Source: Nitrospinales bacterium
GTDB lineage: Bacteria; Nitrospinota; Nitrospinia; Nitrospinales; VA-1
Direction of reading: 5' to 3'
Assembly (NCBI GenBank): GCA_965223795.1
Contig: CBDCXL010000002.1
Location: 928,001-992,000, forward strand
Length of the DNA stretch: 64,000 bases
Shown: one piece after another, positions 42,318-52,037 of the stretch
How positions within the stretch are numbered: the first letter of the stretch is position 1
Layout: each line of letters opens with the position of its first letter
Program-made: the position numbers and the translations under genes
Notes under the pieces: generated by a model
The model's input: the letters and a program-made list of their open reading frames with translations, nothing else
What the model was told of the DNA's origin: nothing
Database searches by the model: none

Positions 42318-44126
42318 TCAGTGCGTCAATGTTTCCAGCTGATCCACAAGATCTGAAAATTTCCCGAGCGCCGTGCGCACGGGCTCCGGGGAGGTCATGT
42401 CGACTCCCGCATCCTTGAGCAGCTCGATGGGGTATTTGGAACCGCCGGATTTCAGAAAATAGAGATAATCCTCAAGCTCGGACTGTCCGCCTTCCAGCAC
42501 GCGCTCCGCCAGCGCGTACGCGGCGGAAATTCCCGTGGCGTATTTGTACACATAAAAACTGAAATAAAAATGCGGAATGCGGAAGCACTCGAGGGAGAGC
42601 CTGTCGTCCAGCACGACCCCGCCGCCGAAGTACAGCTTGAGAAGCTCCGTGTACAGCTCCTTGAACGACTCCACCGTCAGCGGCTTGCCGCTTTCCGCGG
42701 CCGCGTAGATGCGGTGCTCGAACTCGGCGAACATGGTCTGCCGGTACAGTGTTCCGCGGAAATTGTCGATCTCCCGGCACAACAGATACACCTTCATGTC
42801 CTTGTCGATGTCCTGGCTCAGCAGATGGCGGGTCATGAGCGCTTCGTTGAAGGTGGACGCCACTTCCGCGACGAAGATGGTGTAGTCGGCGTACAGATAG
42901 GGCTGGTTTTTGCGCGAGTAATGCGAATGCATGGAATGGCCCGCTTCGTGCGCCAGGGTGTAGAGACTGTTGATGGTGTCTTCGTTGTAGTTCATCAGGA
43001 TGAACGGATGCGAGTCGTAGCAGCCGGAGGAATAGGCGCCGCTGCGCTTGCCCTTGTTTTCGTATCGGTCGACCCAGCGGTTTTCGTTCAGTCCTTTTTT
43101 CAGAACCTTCGTGTACGCCTCACCGAGCGGCGCGAGCGCATGCATGATTTTGTCCACCGCGTCGTTGTAGGTCATGCGCCAGTGAAAATCCTTAACGAGC
43201 GGAACGCTGAGATCGTACACGTGCAGCGCGTCGAGCTTGAGCAGGCGTTTCCTGAGATCGAAGTAGCGGTAGAGCGGATCGAGGTTCTCGTGCACGCTTT
43301 CGATCAGGCTGTCGTAAACGTTTTCGGGTATGTTCTCGGAAAACAGCGCCTGCCCCCGCACCGAGGGGTAGCGGCGCGCGCGGGCGTAGAAGATGTCCTT
43401 TTTGATGCTGCTGGAGAGCAGCGACGCGTAGGTGTACTGGTGCTGCTCGTAGGCGGTGTAAAAGGTGTCGAACGTTTCCCGGCGCACGCGCCGGTCGTAG
43501 TTTTGCAGCAGGCTCTGGAAATTGCCGTGGGTGATCTCGACCGGCTCGCCGTTCTCATCGTTGACGCTGCCCAGCTTGAGGTCGGCGTTGTCGAGCATGT
43601 CGAAGCCGTCGCGCGCGGCGCGGGCCATCTCCTGGGACGCGGCGAGCAGGGATTCTTCCTTTTCCGACAGGGTGTGCTCGCGGTATCTGAGAATGCGTTC
43701 GAGGTGGTATTTGTACGGCGCCAGCTCTTTCGACTCCAGAAACGAGTTCATCGTTCCGGCAGGGATTTCCATCAGCTCGGACTGGATGAAGCTTCTCTGC
43801 TGGCTGATCTGGGTGTACAGCTGCATGATCTTGTCGAAATTTCCCTGATGCGCGGTGTTGGTTTTGTCTTCGTCGTTTCTCAGATGCGCGAAGGTGTACA
43901 GCCGGTCGAGCTTGCGCGAGACGTTCATGTCCAGTTCGAGGCAGGCTTTGAGCGCGTCCACGGACTTCCCCAGCCTGCCCTGGTGACTGGCATAGGCCTG
44001 GGCCTCTTTTTCCAGATCGGAAAATTCCGACTGCCACATCTGGCCGGATGAGTACAGTCCGGAGAGGTCCCACTTCGCCTCTTCAGGGACTTCTTCTCGC
44101 GTCAGGGGTTTGACTTTGGCTTCCAT
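42318..44126 (-). CDS. pepF: Oligoendopeptidase F (M3B)
   Basis: GKRSGAYS, TLAHEAGHSMH, FVAEVAST, RIPHFY, YVYKYATG. Confidence 0.95.
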   Translation of the reverse strand: MEAKVKPLTREEVPEEAKWDLSGLYSSGQMWQSEFSDLEKEAQAYASHQGRLGKSVDALKACLELDMNVSRKLDRLYTFAHLRNDEDKTNTAHQGNFDKIMQLYTQISQQRSFIQSELMEIPAGTMNSFLESKELAPYKYHLERILRYREHTLSEKEESLLAASQEMARAARDGFDMLDNADLKLGSVNDENGEPVEITHGNFQSLLQNYDRRVRRETFDTFYTAYEQHQYTYASLLSSSIKKDIFYARARRYPSVRGQALFSENIPENVYDSLIESVHENLDPLYRYFDLRKRLLKLDALHVYDLSVPLVKDFHWRMTYNDAVDKIMHALAPLGEAYTKVLKKGLNENRWVDRYENKGKRSGAYSSGCYDSHPFILMNYNEDTINSLYTLAHEAGHSMHSHYSRKNQPYLYADYTIFVAEVASTFNEALMTRHLLSQDIDKDMKVYLLCREIDNFRGTLYRQTMFAEFEHRIYAAAESGKPLTVESFKELYTELLKLYFGGGVVLDDRLSLECFRIPHFYFSFYVYKYATGISAAYALAERVLEGGQSELEDYLYFLKSGGSKYPIELLKDAGVDMTSPEPVRTALGKFSDLVDQLETLTH

Positions 44127-44158
44127 AGGGTCCGGGCGGTTTCCTGCCGCTTAGGCGA

Positions 44159-46810
44159 TCAGGAAAGGGCCTGCTGAATCGTCTGCAAATGAACCTTGAG
44201 CTTGGTTTGCTTTTCAGAAAGGGTCTGCTTTCTCTGCCGGTCCTTCTCGATGACTTCGGCGGGCGCCTTATCGACAAAATTCGGGTTGGAAAGCTTCTTA
44301 TCTAAAACTATGATGTCTTTTTCTATTTTTTTCAACTCTTTTTCGACACGGCTTTTTTCCTCGCCGAAATTCATCAATCCGTCCAAAGGAACAATGAGAT
44401 CCATGCCTTCCAGGATCGAGGAGGCCGCCACTTTCGGCTTGACGACGGACTCTCCGGCGGTGAACTGATCGACGCGGGCCAGCTCGCGGATGTATTTGAC
44501 ATGGCTGGAGACGGTGGCCTCCTGCTCGGCGTTTTCGGTCTTGATCAACAGGTTCAGCGTGAGGCCGGGATTCAGGTTCATCTCGCCGCGGATGTTGCGC
44601 ACGCCGGTGATCACATCCATCACCAGCCCCAGTTCCCGTTCCATCTCCTCGTCGCGGCGCGACGGATCGAATTTCGGGAACGGCGCGATCATGATGCTCT
44701 CGCCTTCTTTGGGCAGCTTCTGCCAGATCTCCTCGGTGATGAACGGCATGAACGGGTGCAACAACCGCAGGCTGCTTTCCAGCACGTGAACGAGCACGTT
44801 CTGCGTCGTCGACTTTTGCGCCCCCTCTTTGTACAGCGACGATTTGGACAGCTCGATGAACCAGTCGCAGTACTCGTTCCAGATGAACTTGTACACGGCG
44901 GAGGCGGCGTCGTTGAACTTGAACTGCTCCAGCGCTTCGTTCACTTCGCGGCAGGCGGCGTTGAGGCGGCTTAAGATCCAGCGTTCGGCGGGGCTGAACG
45001 GCACGTCCTCATTCAGCTTGCAGCCGCCCTTGTAATCGCCGAGGTTCATCAGCACGAAGCGCGAGGCGTTCCAAAGTTTGTTGCAGAAATTGCGATAGCC
45101 TTCGATGCGGTCCTCCGCCAGTTTGATGTCGCGGCCCTGCGCGGCGAACGCGGCGAGCGTGAAGCGGAGCGCGTCGGTGCCGTAGGCGTCCATCATGCTG
45201 AGCGGATCGATGACGTTGCCCTTGGTCTTGCTCATCTTCTGCCCTTCCGCGTCGCGGATCAGGGCGTGGATGTAAACGTGGCGGAACGGCACGTCGTTGC
45301 TCATCTTTAGCCCCAGCATGATCATGCGCGCCACCCAGAAAAACAGGATGTCGAACCCGGTGCACAGCACCGAGGTGGGGTAGTAGCGCGCCAGCGATTT
45401 GGTTTCCTCGGGCCAGCCCAGGGTGGAAAAAGGCCAGAGGCCGGAGCTGAACCAGGTGTCGAGCACGTCGGTTTCGGGAACGAGATCGCCGCCGCCGCAC
45501 TTCGTACAGGCGGTGGGGTCCTCGCGGGCAACCAGGATCTCGCCGCAGCCTGTGCAGGTCCAGGCGGGGATGCGGTGGCCCCACCAGATCTGGCGCGACA
45601 CGCACCAGTCGCGGATGTTTTCCATCCACTCAAAGTAGGTTTTTTCCCAGAATTTGGGCACGATCTTGATGGAACCGTCACGCACGGCCTGAATCGCCGG
45701 CTCGGCGAGCGGCTTGGTCTTCACGAACCACTGTTTGGACAGGTACGGCTCGACGACGGTGTGGCAGCGGTAGCAGTGCCCGACGGAATGCAGGTGCTCT
45801 TCGATGCGTTCGAGCTGATCGTTTGCCTTGAGATCCTCCACCACTTTCTTGCGGCAGTCGAAGCGGTCGAGCCCTTTGTAGGCTTCGCCGGCGGCCTCGC
45901 TCATGGTGCCGTCGGGGTTCATCACGTTGACGCTGGGCAGATCGTGCCTCTGGCCGATGTCAAAGTCGTTGGGGTCGTGCGCCGGAGTGACCTTGAGCGC
46001 GCCGGAACCGAATTCCTTGTCGACGTGATCGTCTTCGATGAGCGGGATCTCGCGGCCGACCAGCGGCAGGATCAGGGTTTTCCCTTTGTGCGCCGCGTGG
46101 CGCTCGTCGCCGGTGCTGACGGCGACGGCGGTGTCGCCCAGCAGCGTTTCCGGCCGCGTGGTGGCGATGGTCAGGGTGGTGTCCTCTCCCTTGAACGGAT
46201 AGCGGATGTGGTAGAGATTCCCGCGCACGTCCTTGTATTCCACTTCCAGGTCGGACAACGCGGTCTGGCAGCGCGGGCACCAGTTGATGATGTAGTGACC
46301 CTGGTAGATCAATCCTTCTTCGTACAGCGTGACGAACACTTCGCGCACCGCTTTGGAAAGCCCGGCGTCCATGGTGAAGCGTTCGCGTTCCCAGTCCAGC
46401 GAGCAGCCGAGTTTCTTGAGCTGGTTGACGATGGCGCCGCCGGATTCCTCGCGCCATTGCCAGACCCGTTTCACGAACTCCTCGCGGCCGAGGGTCTCCC
46501 GGTCGGTCCCCTCTTTGTGCAGCTGGCGTTCGACCACGTTCTGCGTGGCGATGCCCGCGTGGTCGGTGCCGGGCTGCCACAGCGTGTTGTGCCCCTGCAT
46601 GCGCCGCCAGCGGATCAGGATATCCTGCAGGGTGTTGTTGAACGCATGGCCCATGTGCAGGGAGCCTGTGATGTTGGGCGGCGGGATGACGATGGTGTAG
46701 GGTTCGCCCTCGGCGTTTTCGTCGGCCCGCGCGAAACGGTTTTTAAGCCAGAAGTCGTGCCAGTGCGCTTCGACTTGCTTGGGATTGTATTTTTTTTCCA
46801 GTTGCACCAT
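44159..46810 (-). CDS. valS: Valyl-tRNA synthetase
   Basis: PPPNITGSLHMGH, DWCVSRQ, KMSKT, C-terminal coiled coil. Confidence 0.98.
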   Translation of the reverse strand: MVQLEKKYNPKQVEAHWHDFWLKNRFARADENAEGEPYTIVIPPPNITGSLHMGHAFNNTLQDILIRWRRMQGHNTLWQPGTDHAGIATQNVVERQLHKEGTDRETLGREEFVKRVWQWREESGGAIVNQLKKLGCSLDWERERFTMDAGLSKAVREVFVTLYEEGLIYQGHYIINWCPRCQTALSDLEVEYKDVRGNLYHIRYPFKGEDTTLTIATTRPETLLGDTAVAVSTGDERHAAHKGKTLILPLVGREIPLIEDDHVDKEFGSGALKVTPAHDPNDFDIGQRHDLPSVNVMNPDGTMSEAAGEAYKGLDRFDCRKKVVEDLKANDQLERIEEHLHSVGHCYRCHTVVEPYLSKQWFVKTKPLAEPAIQAVRDGSIKIVPKFWEKTYFEWMENIRDWCVSRQIWWGHRIPAWTCTGCGEILVAREDPTACTKCGGGDLVPETDVLDTWFSSGLWPFSTLGWPEETKSLARYYPTSVLCTGFDILFFWVARMIMLGLKMSNDVPFRHVYIHALIRDAEGQKMSKTKGNVIDPLSMMDAYGTDALRFTLAAFAAQGRDIKLAEDRIEGYRNFCNKLWNASRFVLMNLGDYKGGCKLNEDVPFSPAERWILSRLNAACREVNEALEQFKFNDAASAVYKFIWNEYCDWFIELSKSSLYKEGAQKSTTQNVLVHVLESSLRLLHPFMPFITEEIWQKLPKEGESIMIAPFPKFDPSRRDEEMERELGLVMDVITGVRNIRGEMNLNPGLTLNLLIKTENAEQEATVSSHVKYIRELARVDQFTAGESVVKPKVAASSILEGMDLIVPLDGLMNFGEEKSRVEKELKKIEKDIIVLDKKLSNPNFVDKAPAEVIEKDRQRKQTLSEKQTKLKVHLQTIQQALS

Positions 46811-46999
46811 GATCTCTATACAAACTCAGGGTTGTTCTTCTTCACAGGGACGGCAGATTCTAACAGGGAGTCCTCGCGGCACACCATCGTCCCATTGCAG
46901 CGCACGAAGCCATTGCGGCCTCGATTCCGGCGATGGCGGCATGGATGTTCGGTTGTGATTCGATGAGGGTGTCCGTTCACCCTGCGTGACGGCAGCGGG

Positions 47000-49009
47000 T
47001 CACGCGTCTTCCATTTTCTTGATCCTGTCGATTTCCGCTTTGATGACCGCTTCGGCGATTCCTGGTGTGATTTCCCGGACGATCTCGCGTACGGAGCGAA
47101 CGATGGCCGCCGACAAGCCGGACAATTCTTTTTCGACGGATGCGCTGATGGTGTGCTGCAGAATGGTGCGGACTTCCTCGTTCAGCGCTGCTTTAAGTCG
47201 GCTGTCGTCCATTGCGTTCGTCTCCTCCCCTGTTGGCGTTTTTTCTTTGTTCGAATCCGGTTTGACGGGCTCCGGTTGGACCGCTTCCAGAGCGGGTTCG
47301 GTCTCCGGGCCGGAAACCGGTGCTTCCGGCTGGGACGGCGAGTCCGCGGTGTTGCGTGCATTCGTTTCTGTGTCCTCCGCCGATTCAGGCGCGGGGGGTC
47401 TGAAAACCGGAGGCGGGTTGTCCACGGCCTTTTCCTGCCGGGCCGTTTCGGCTGTGGACGGCAGGGGATGGATCACCAGATTGCTCAACAGGTCTTCCGG
47501 TTCGGGTGCGATCGCTTCTTCATAATCCCAATCGCTTTCGTCCACTGTGTCGTCCGCATCCGAATCCCAGGAACGCGGTCTGCGAAAGGAGTCGGTCAAG
47601 GGGTGGAAAACGACATCCAGCTCACCGGAATCCGGTTCCGCTTCATCGCCGATTCCGGACAACACGTCCTCGTCGTCTTCCCAGGATTTCGGCAGCGCCG
47701 CCTGCTGCTCGGGAGGCAGTCCGAGTCCGATCCCGAAATCGGAATCGTCAAACGGATGCGATTCCGCTTCGCTTTCTTCGGAAGGCAGTTCCAGATCGAG
47801 CGTGGGATCGTAATCTTTATCCTCATACGATTCGGGTTCGCCTTTGATCTCCACCGACTGAAACCCGATCCCCAGGCCGGTGTCCGAATCGTCCTGCATG
47901 GACGCGGAATACTTTTTCAACGCGTTGACCGCATCGATGGCTTCATCGATGGCCCGGCTCTCCGGAGAAACGGGGCGGCCGGGCAATTCACTCTCATTCG
48001 TTGATTCCGATTCGTCCTGCGTTGTCTCCGTATTGCCTGTGTCATCGTCTGCGTCCGTACCTGTGGAGTCTTCCCTATCGGCGGACACATGCGGTTTCAA
48101 TTCCTCGCCGGCATCGGCGCGCGGAGGAAGTTCGAAATCCAGGTCCTCTTCATCGGTGGAGAGGGCCACGAGCGGATCCCCGGCGGCGTCACCGGAAAAC
48201 GAAAAATCTTTCACCGGAGTTTCGTTGCTTTCGGTTTCTGCAGCCGCTTCCAGAGGCTTATCCGGCCCGGCCTCCTGCGGCGGATCTTCGGACGCCTCGG
48301 GAGTGTCCGCGGCAGGCGGCGCGTTGGTTTCGCTTTCCGCGTCCGCAATGTGCCAGGGCGCAGGCTCCGATTCCAGATCCTTCCAGGCCGCTTCATCGGG
48401 AGGTTCCCAGGTCTGGACGGGTTCCGTTTTCGGCGCGTCGTCCCAGCCGGGTTCCGCGAACGCCTTTTCGATGTCGGCCTGGGTCCGGGCGATCGTGTCT
48501 TCCTGCGCCTTGCGGGAATCCTTCGCGGCGGGTTCCGCGATCATGTCTTTTTCAGAAAGGGCGAGGATCTGCTCTTCCTCATCGTCGTCGTCCCACGCGG
48601 CATTTCCGCCTGCCCAGTCGCCATCGCGCAGGGTCGCCGGAGGATGCTGCAAAAGCTCTTTGACCTTCTGCACGATGTCGTCGGACTTGAAGGGCTTGGA
48701 GATGTGATCGTCCGCCCGCGATTCGAGGAACAACCCTTCGTTGAAATCCTCAAAATCGCTGGCCAGGAGCAGCACGGACACGGATTGAAACTCGGACGAT
48801 TCCTTGATCCTGCGGCTCAGTTCGAATCCGTTGTAACCGGGCATGTCCACATCGGCCAGCACCACATCCGGAGAAAAATTCTTGAGTCTTTCAAACGCGG
48901 CTTTTCCATTGCCGATGCCTTCCACCACCGCGTCTTCATTCTCAAACGCCATGGCCACGATCTTTTGAATCGTGATCGAATCATCCGCAACCAGAATTTT
49001 CGATGTCAT
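47000..49009 (-). CDS. RomR-like response regulator: receiver domain, long acidic disordered linker, C-terminal helical domain
   Basis: ILVADDSITIQKIV...LADVDMPG...ADDHISKPF; D/E/P-rich linker; C-terminal VREIVREITPGIAEAVIKAEIDRI; directly upstream of valS. Confidence 0.8.
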   Translation of the reverse strand: MTSKILVADDSITIQKIVAMAFENEDAVVEGIGNGKAAFERLKNFSPDVVLADVDMPGYNGFELSRRIKESSEFQSVSVLLLASDFEDFNEGLFLESRADDHISKPFKSDDIVQKVKELLQHPPATLRDGDWAGGNAAWDDDDEEEQILALSEKDMIAEPAAKDSRKAQEDTIARTQADIEKAFAEPGWDDAPKTEPVQTWEPPDEAAWKDLESEPAPWHIADAESETNAPPAADTPEASEDPPQEAGPDKPLEAAAETESNETPVKDFSFSGDAAGDPLVALSTDEEDLDFELPPRADAGEELKPHVSADREDSTGTDADDDTGNTETTQDESESTNESELPGRPVSPESRAIDEAIDAVNALKKYSASMQDDSDTGLGIGFQSVEIKGEPESYEDKDYDPTLDLELPSEESEAESHPFDDSDFGIGLGLPPEQQAALPKSWEDDEDVLSGIGDEAEPDSGELDVVFHPLTDSFRRPRSWDSDADDTVDESDWDYEEAIAPEPEDLLSNLVIHPLPSTAETARQEKAVDNPPPVFRPPAPESAEDTETNARNTADSPSQPEAPVSGPETEPALEAVQPEPVKPDSNKEKTPTGEETNAMDDSRLKAALNEEVRTILQHTISASVEKELSGLSAAIVRSVREIVREITPGIAEAVIKAEIDRIKKMEDA

Positions 49010-49430
49010 GAAACTGTATCCTTTGGGCTAACAGGTCGTGCCATTGAAGAACCGCCTGAATTCAGCTCCGGCCCTGAATCCGACTTCACGCAATAGGAGG
49101 GTAACGTGTGCAATTTCAAGTTATTATTGTCGTGTTGATTCAATGTATCGCATCTTGGTGCACTCCACAATCAAAAAATCCCGTTGATCTTTTTCGCCAT
49201 AACGTAATTTTCACGGGATCTTCACGGCAATTTCGGGCAGTCCATATTTTCCCGGCGCATTGGGCCCTTTGTCTTTGTTTTATTTAGTGATACTATACAG
49301 CCGACTTATCCGGAGTCTGAAACGGAGCAACGCACCGAAATTTCATTCACATGCAGGCGCTCAAACCCACGTGTCGATCACAACAGCTTTGATCCGGCGG
49401 CCATTAAGAGAATTCGGGGCAGCGTTTGCA

Positions 49431-51365
49431 GTGCGGCGGCGGATTCCCCTGGCCCGCACCGCACTGTGGCTTGCGTTGTGGTTTGCCGCCCTGCCCGCGC
49501 CGGCTTGGGCGGGCTACATTCAGCTGGACGGCGTCGCGGACGTGAAGACGCGGTACAGCAGCGGCTGCTCGTCCGTTCAGGACATCGCCGAAACCGCGGA
49601 AGGATCGGGGATCGATGTGGTCATCTACAACGACCGCGCCCGCGATTCCCTGCAGTACGGCGTCTTTCCCCTGCGCCGCATTCTGAAAAAAACCGATGTG
49701 CGGCGCTCCGTCCTCAACACCAACGCCACGTTTTATCTCTCCGACATCAAGAATAAAAACGAGCAGTTCCCCAAAACCCTGCTGATTCCCGGTGTGGATG
49801 TCTCGCCGTTTTATTACTGGAGCGGCAGCGCGATCAAAAAAACGCTCGTCGCCCACAACTGGGACAAACGGCTTTCCATCATCGGCCTTGAAACCGGAGC
49901 CAGCCTGGAGCAGCTGCCTCTGCTCAACAGCAATTTTTCCAAAAATTACACGGCACACTTTCAAAATTCCACGATCGGATTGTGTTTTCTGTTTTTCATC
50001 GCGCTGGCGCTGGCGATCAAAGGCTACCACCGCAAGTACGTTTATCCGGTGATGGGATTTCTGGTTCTGCTCATGATCAACTACCATCCGTTCCGCAGTT
50101 CGCCGTTCGATCAATACAGCGGCGACCCGGGGATCGGCCCGTATCAGGAAGTGATCGATTACGCCACGTCGCAGGGGGCGCTGGTGTTCTGGAACGACGT
50201 GGAAGCGGCCGGGGGCAACCGGGAGCGTGGCAGCGTGAAGCTGGAAACGCGGCCGCATCCGGAAGACCTGGTGCTGTCGCGCAATTACACCGGCTTCCAG
50301 GCGGTGGGCGAGAAGCCGGTCGCGATCACCGAACCGGGGAACATCTGGGACCATGTGCTCATGCAGTACCTGCGCGGTGAGCGGCCGCACGCGGCATGGG
50401 GATACGGCGCGAGCGACTACCAGTGCAACGGCGAAACCGGGCCGGTGTTCGGCGCCGTGCGCACGGTTTTCCTGGTGCGCGAAAACAAAAAGGAAGCGGT
50501 GATGGACGCCCTGAAAAACGGTCGCATGTACGCGGTGCGGCAGCCGGGAATGAACCGGCTTTCGCTGGATGAATTCTTGGTCCGCGACAAGGCGTCCGGC
50601 AGGGAAGCCACTTTGGGAGAAGAACTGGTTTCCATCGACGATCCGGAGATCTCGCTCAAGATCCGCTCCACCGGAGAAGCCGGACAGCGCGCGCGGATCT
50701 TTCTCATCCGCAACGGCAAACTCATCAAGCGCGAATCGGTGACGCTGCCCTACGAGCTCACCTGGACCGACAGCAAGGTGGACATGAGCGAGCCGGTCTA
50801 TTACCGGGTCAACGCCAAAGTCAGCGAGGTGGATCACCTGGTGTCGAATCCGGTGTTCGTCCGCTTCGGAAAAATCCCGCCGCAAGTGGCCGCGCAGCCG
50901 GGCAAACCCGAACCCGGCACGGGAGGCAGGGCTCCGGAGCGCCCGTCGCTGACCCGCCCCGAAACACCCAAAGCCCCGGCCGCGACAACGCCGCCCGCTC
51001 CCAAAAGCGCGCCGCCGGAAACGCCGCCTGAGGTGGCGGCCGCCCCCGCAAAGCAGGCGCAAACGCCCAAGGCGCCGCCCACCCCGAAAACACCGGCTGT
51101 CGAAACCGCCAGGCCGCCCGCGAAACCACCGGCTCCCATCGTCACTGCGTCCAGTGGAAAAACGGTGCGTGCGAGAATCGACGGGGTGGCGTTGAAAAAG
51201 GGACCGGGCGCGGTGTTTCCGGTGTGGAAAAAGGTGAACAAGGAAGACGCACTGAAACTGGTGCGGCGCACGTCGGTGCTGTTTCAGGACAAGGTGTGGC
51301 TGGTGGTCGAATATGAAGGGGAAAAAGCCTACGTCTGGGAAGGCCTGGTGACGGTCGAACCCTGA
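49431..51365 (+). CDS. Exported/membrane PHP-fold protein (degenerate metal sites) with a Pro-rich linker and SH3b-like C-terminus (start could be GTG 49371)
   Basis: Signal peptide ending PAWA; PHP-like scaffold; two internal TM helices; P/A/K linker; LKKGPG...WLVVEYEGEKAYV. Confidence 0.65.
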   Translation: MRRRIPLARTALWLALWFAALPAPAWAGYIQLDGVADVKTRYSSGCSSVQDIAETAEGSGIDVVIYNDRARDSLQYGVFPLRRILKKTDVRRSVLNTNATFYLSDIKNKNEQFPKTLLIPGVDVSPFYYWSGSAIKKTLVAHNWDKRLSIIGLETGASLEQLPLLNSNFSKNYTAHFQNSTIGLCFLFFIALALAIKGYHRKYVYPVMGFLVLLMINYHPFRSSPFDQYSGDPGIGPYQEVIDYATSQGALVFWNDVEAAGGNRERGSVKLETRPHPEDLVLSRNYTGFQAVGEKPVAITEPGNIWDHVLMQYLRGERPHAAWGYGASDYQCNGETGPVFGAVRTVFLVRENKKEAVMDALKNGRMYAVRQPGMNRLSLDEFLVRDKASGREATLGEELVSIDDPEISLKIRSTGEAGQRARIFLIRNGKLIKRESVTLPYELTWTDSKVDMSEPVYYRVNAKVSEVDHLVSNPVFVRFGKIPPQVAAQPGKPEPGTGGRAPERPSLTRPETPKAPAATTPPAPKSAPPETPPEVAAAPAKQAQTPKAPPTPKTPAVETARPPAKPPAPIVTASSGKTVRARIDGVALKKGPGAVFPVWKKVNKEDALKLVRRTSVLFQDKVWLVVEYEGEKAYVWEGLVTVEP

Positions 51366-51416
51366 AGCGCCGCGCGCCTGAAAGGATGGGATGGGGTTTT
51401 CCGCCCGCGCCCGGGA

Positions 51417-51971
51417 TCAGCTGTAGGCGTTGACGTTGTTGCCTTTGTCCATGCGGTAAAGGAACATGCTTTTACCGGTGTCGATTTTATCCGGCGTCAT
51501 GTGCCGCAGGCAGAACCGGTAGGACACCACGCGCGCACCGGGCTTGAGCTTGGAGGTGAACGCCGGCAGCAGCTTGTCCATCGCCTGATGGGTCAGGTAC
51601 ACGTACACCACGTCGGCTTCCTGAAGATCGGCCTTGAAAAAGTTTTTGCGCAGAAACCGCACCTGACCGGAAACGCCCGCCCGTTTCGCCAGCCACCGCG
51701 CGATCCACACTTTCAGCGGATCGATGTCGATGCCCACGCCCAGCGCTCCGTGGTTGCGCGCCGCGGCGATGAGCACGCGTCCATCGCCGGATCCCAGATC
51801 GTACAGAGTCTCTCCCTCCTGAATTTCCGCGAATCTCAGAATGTGATCGATGCGCCGCGAGGCCAGCGGCGCCCACGGCGAGCCCCAGATCGCGGGCAGC
51901 AGCACGGTGCCGGCGATGAGCAGGACGGTGGCGAGAAAGAGCGTGGAAGCGAAGGTCGGTAGCATCGGCAA
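51417..51971 (-). CDS. Membrane-anchored class I SAM methyltransferase
   Basis: N-terminal TM; GSPWAP, YDLGSGDGR, ADVVYVYL, LKPGARVVS. Confidence 0.85.
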   Translation of the reverse strand: MPMLPTFASTLFLATVLLIAGTVLLPAIWGSPWAPLASRRIDHILRFAEIQEGETLYDLGSGDGRVLIAAARNHGALGVGIDIDPLKVWIARWLAKRAGVSGQVRFLRKNFFKADLQEADVVYVYLTHQAMDKLLPAFTSKLKPGARVVSYRFCLRHMTPDKIDTGKSMFLYRMDKGNNVNAYS

Positions 51972-52037
51972 GAACTCTCAGGTGTCTTTCAGGGACCGGT
52001 TGATCGTCGAACGCAGTTCACCGGCCTGTCCCACGGG

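Noticed and set aside
49026..49043. TGGCACG as a sigma54 -24 element upstream of the RomR-like gene
   Set aside because: No GC at the -12 position with the correct spacing.
49095..49138. AGGAGG followed by a 10-codon GTG ORF (MCNFKLLLSC)
   Set aside because: Too short and unsupported; it lies in the divergent promoter region and is likely chance.
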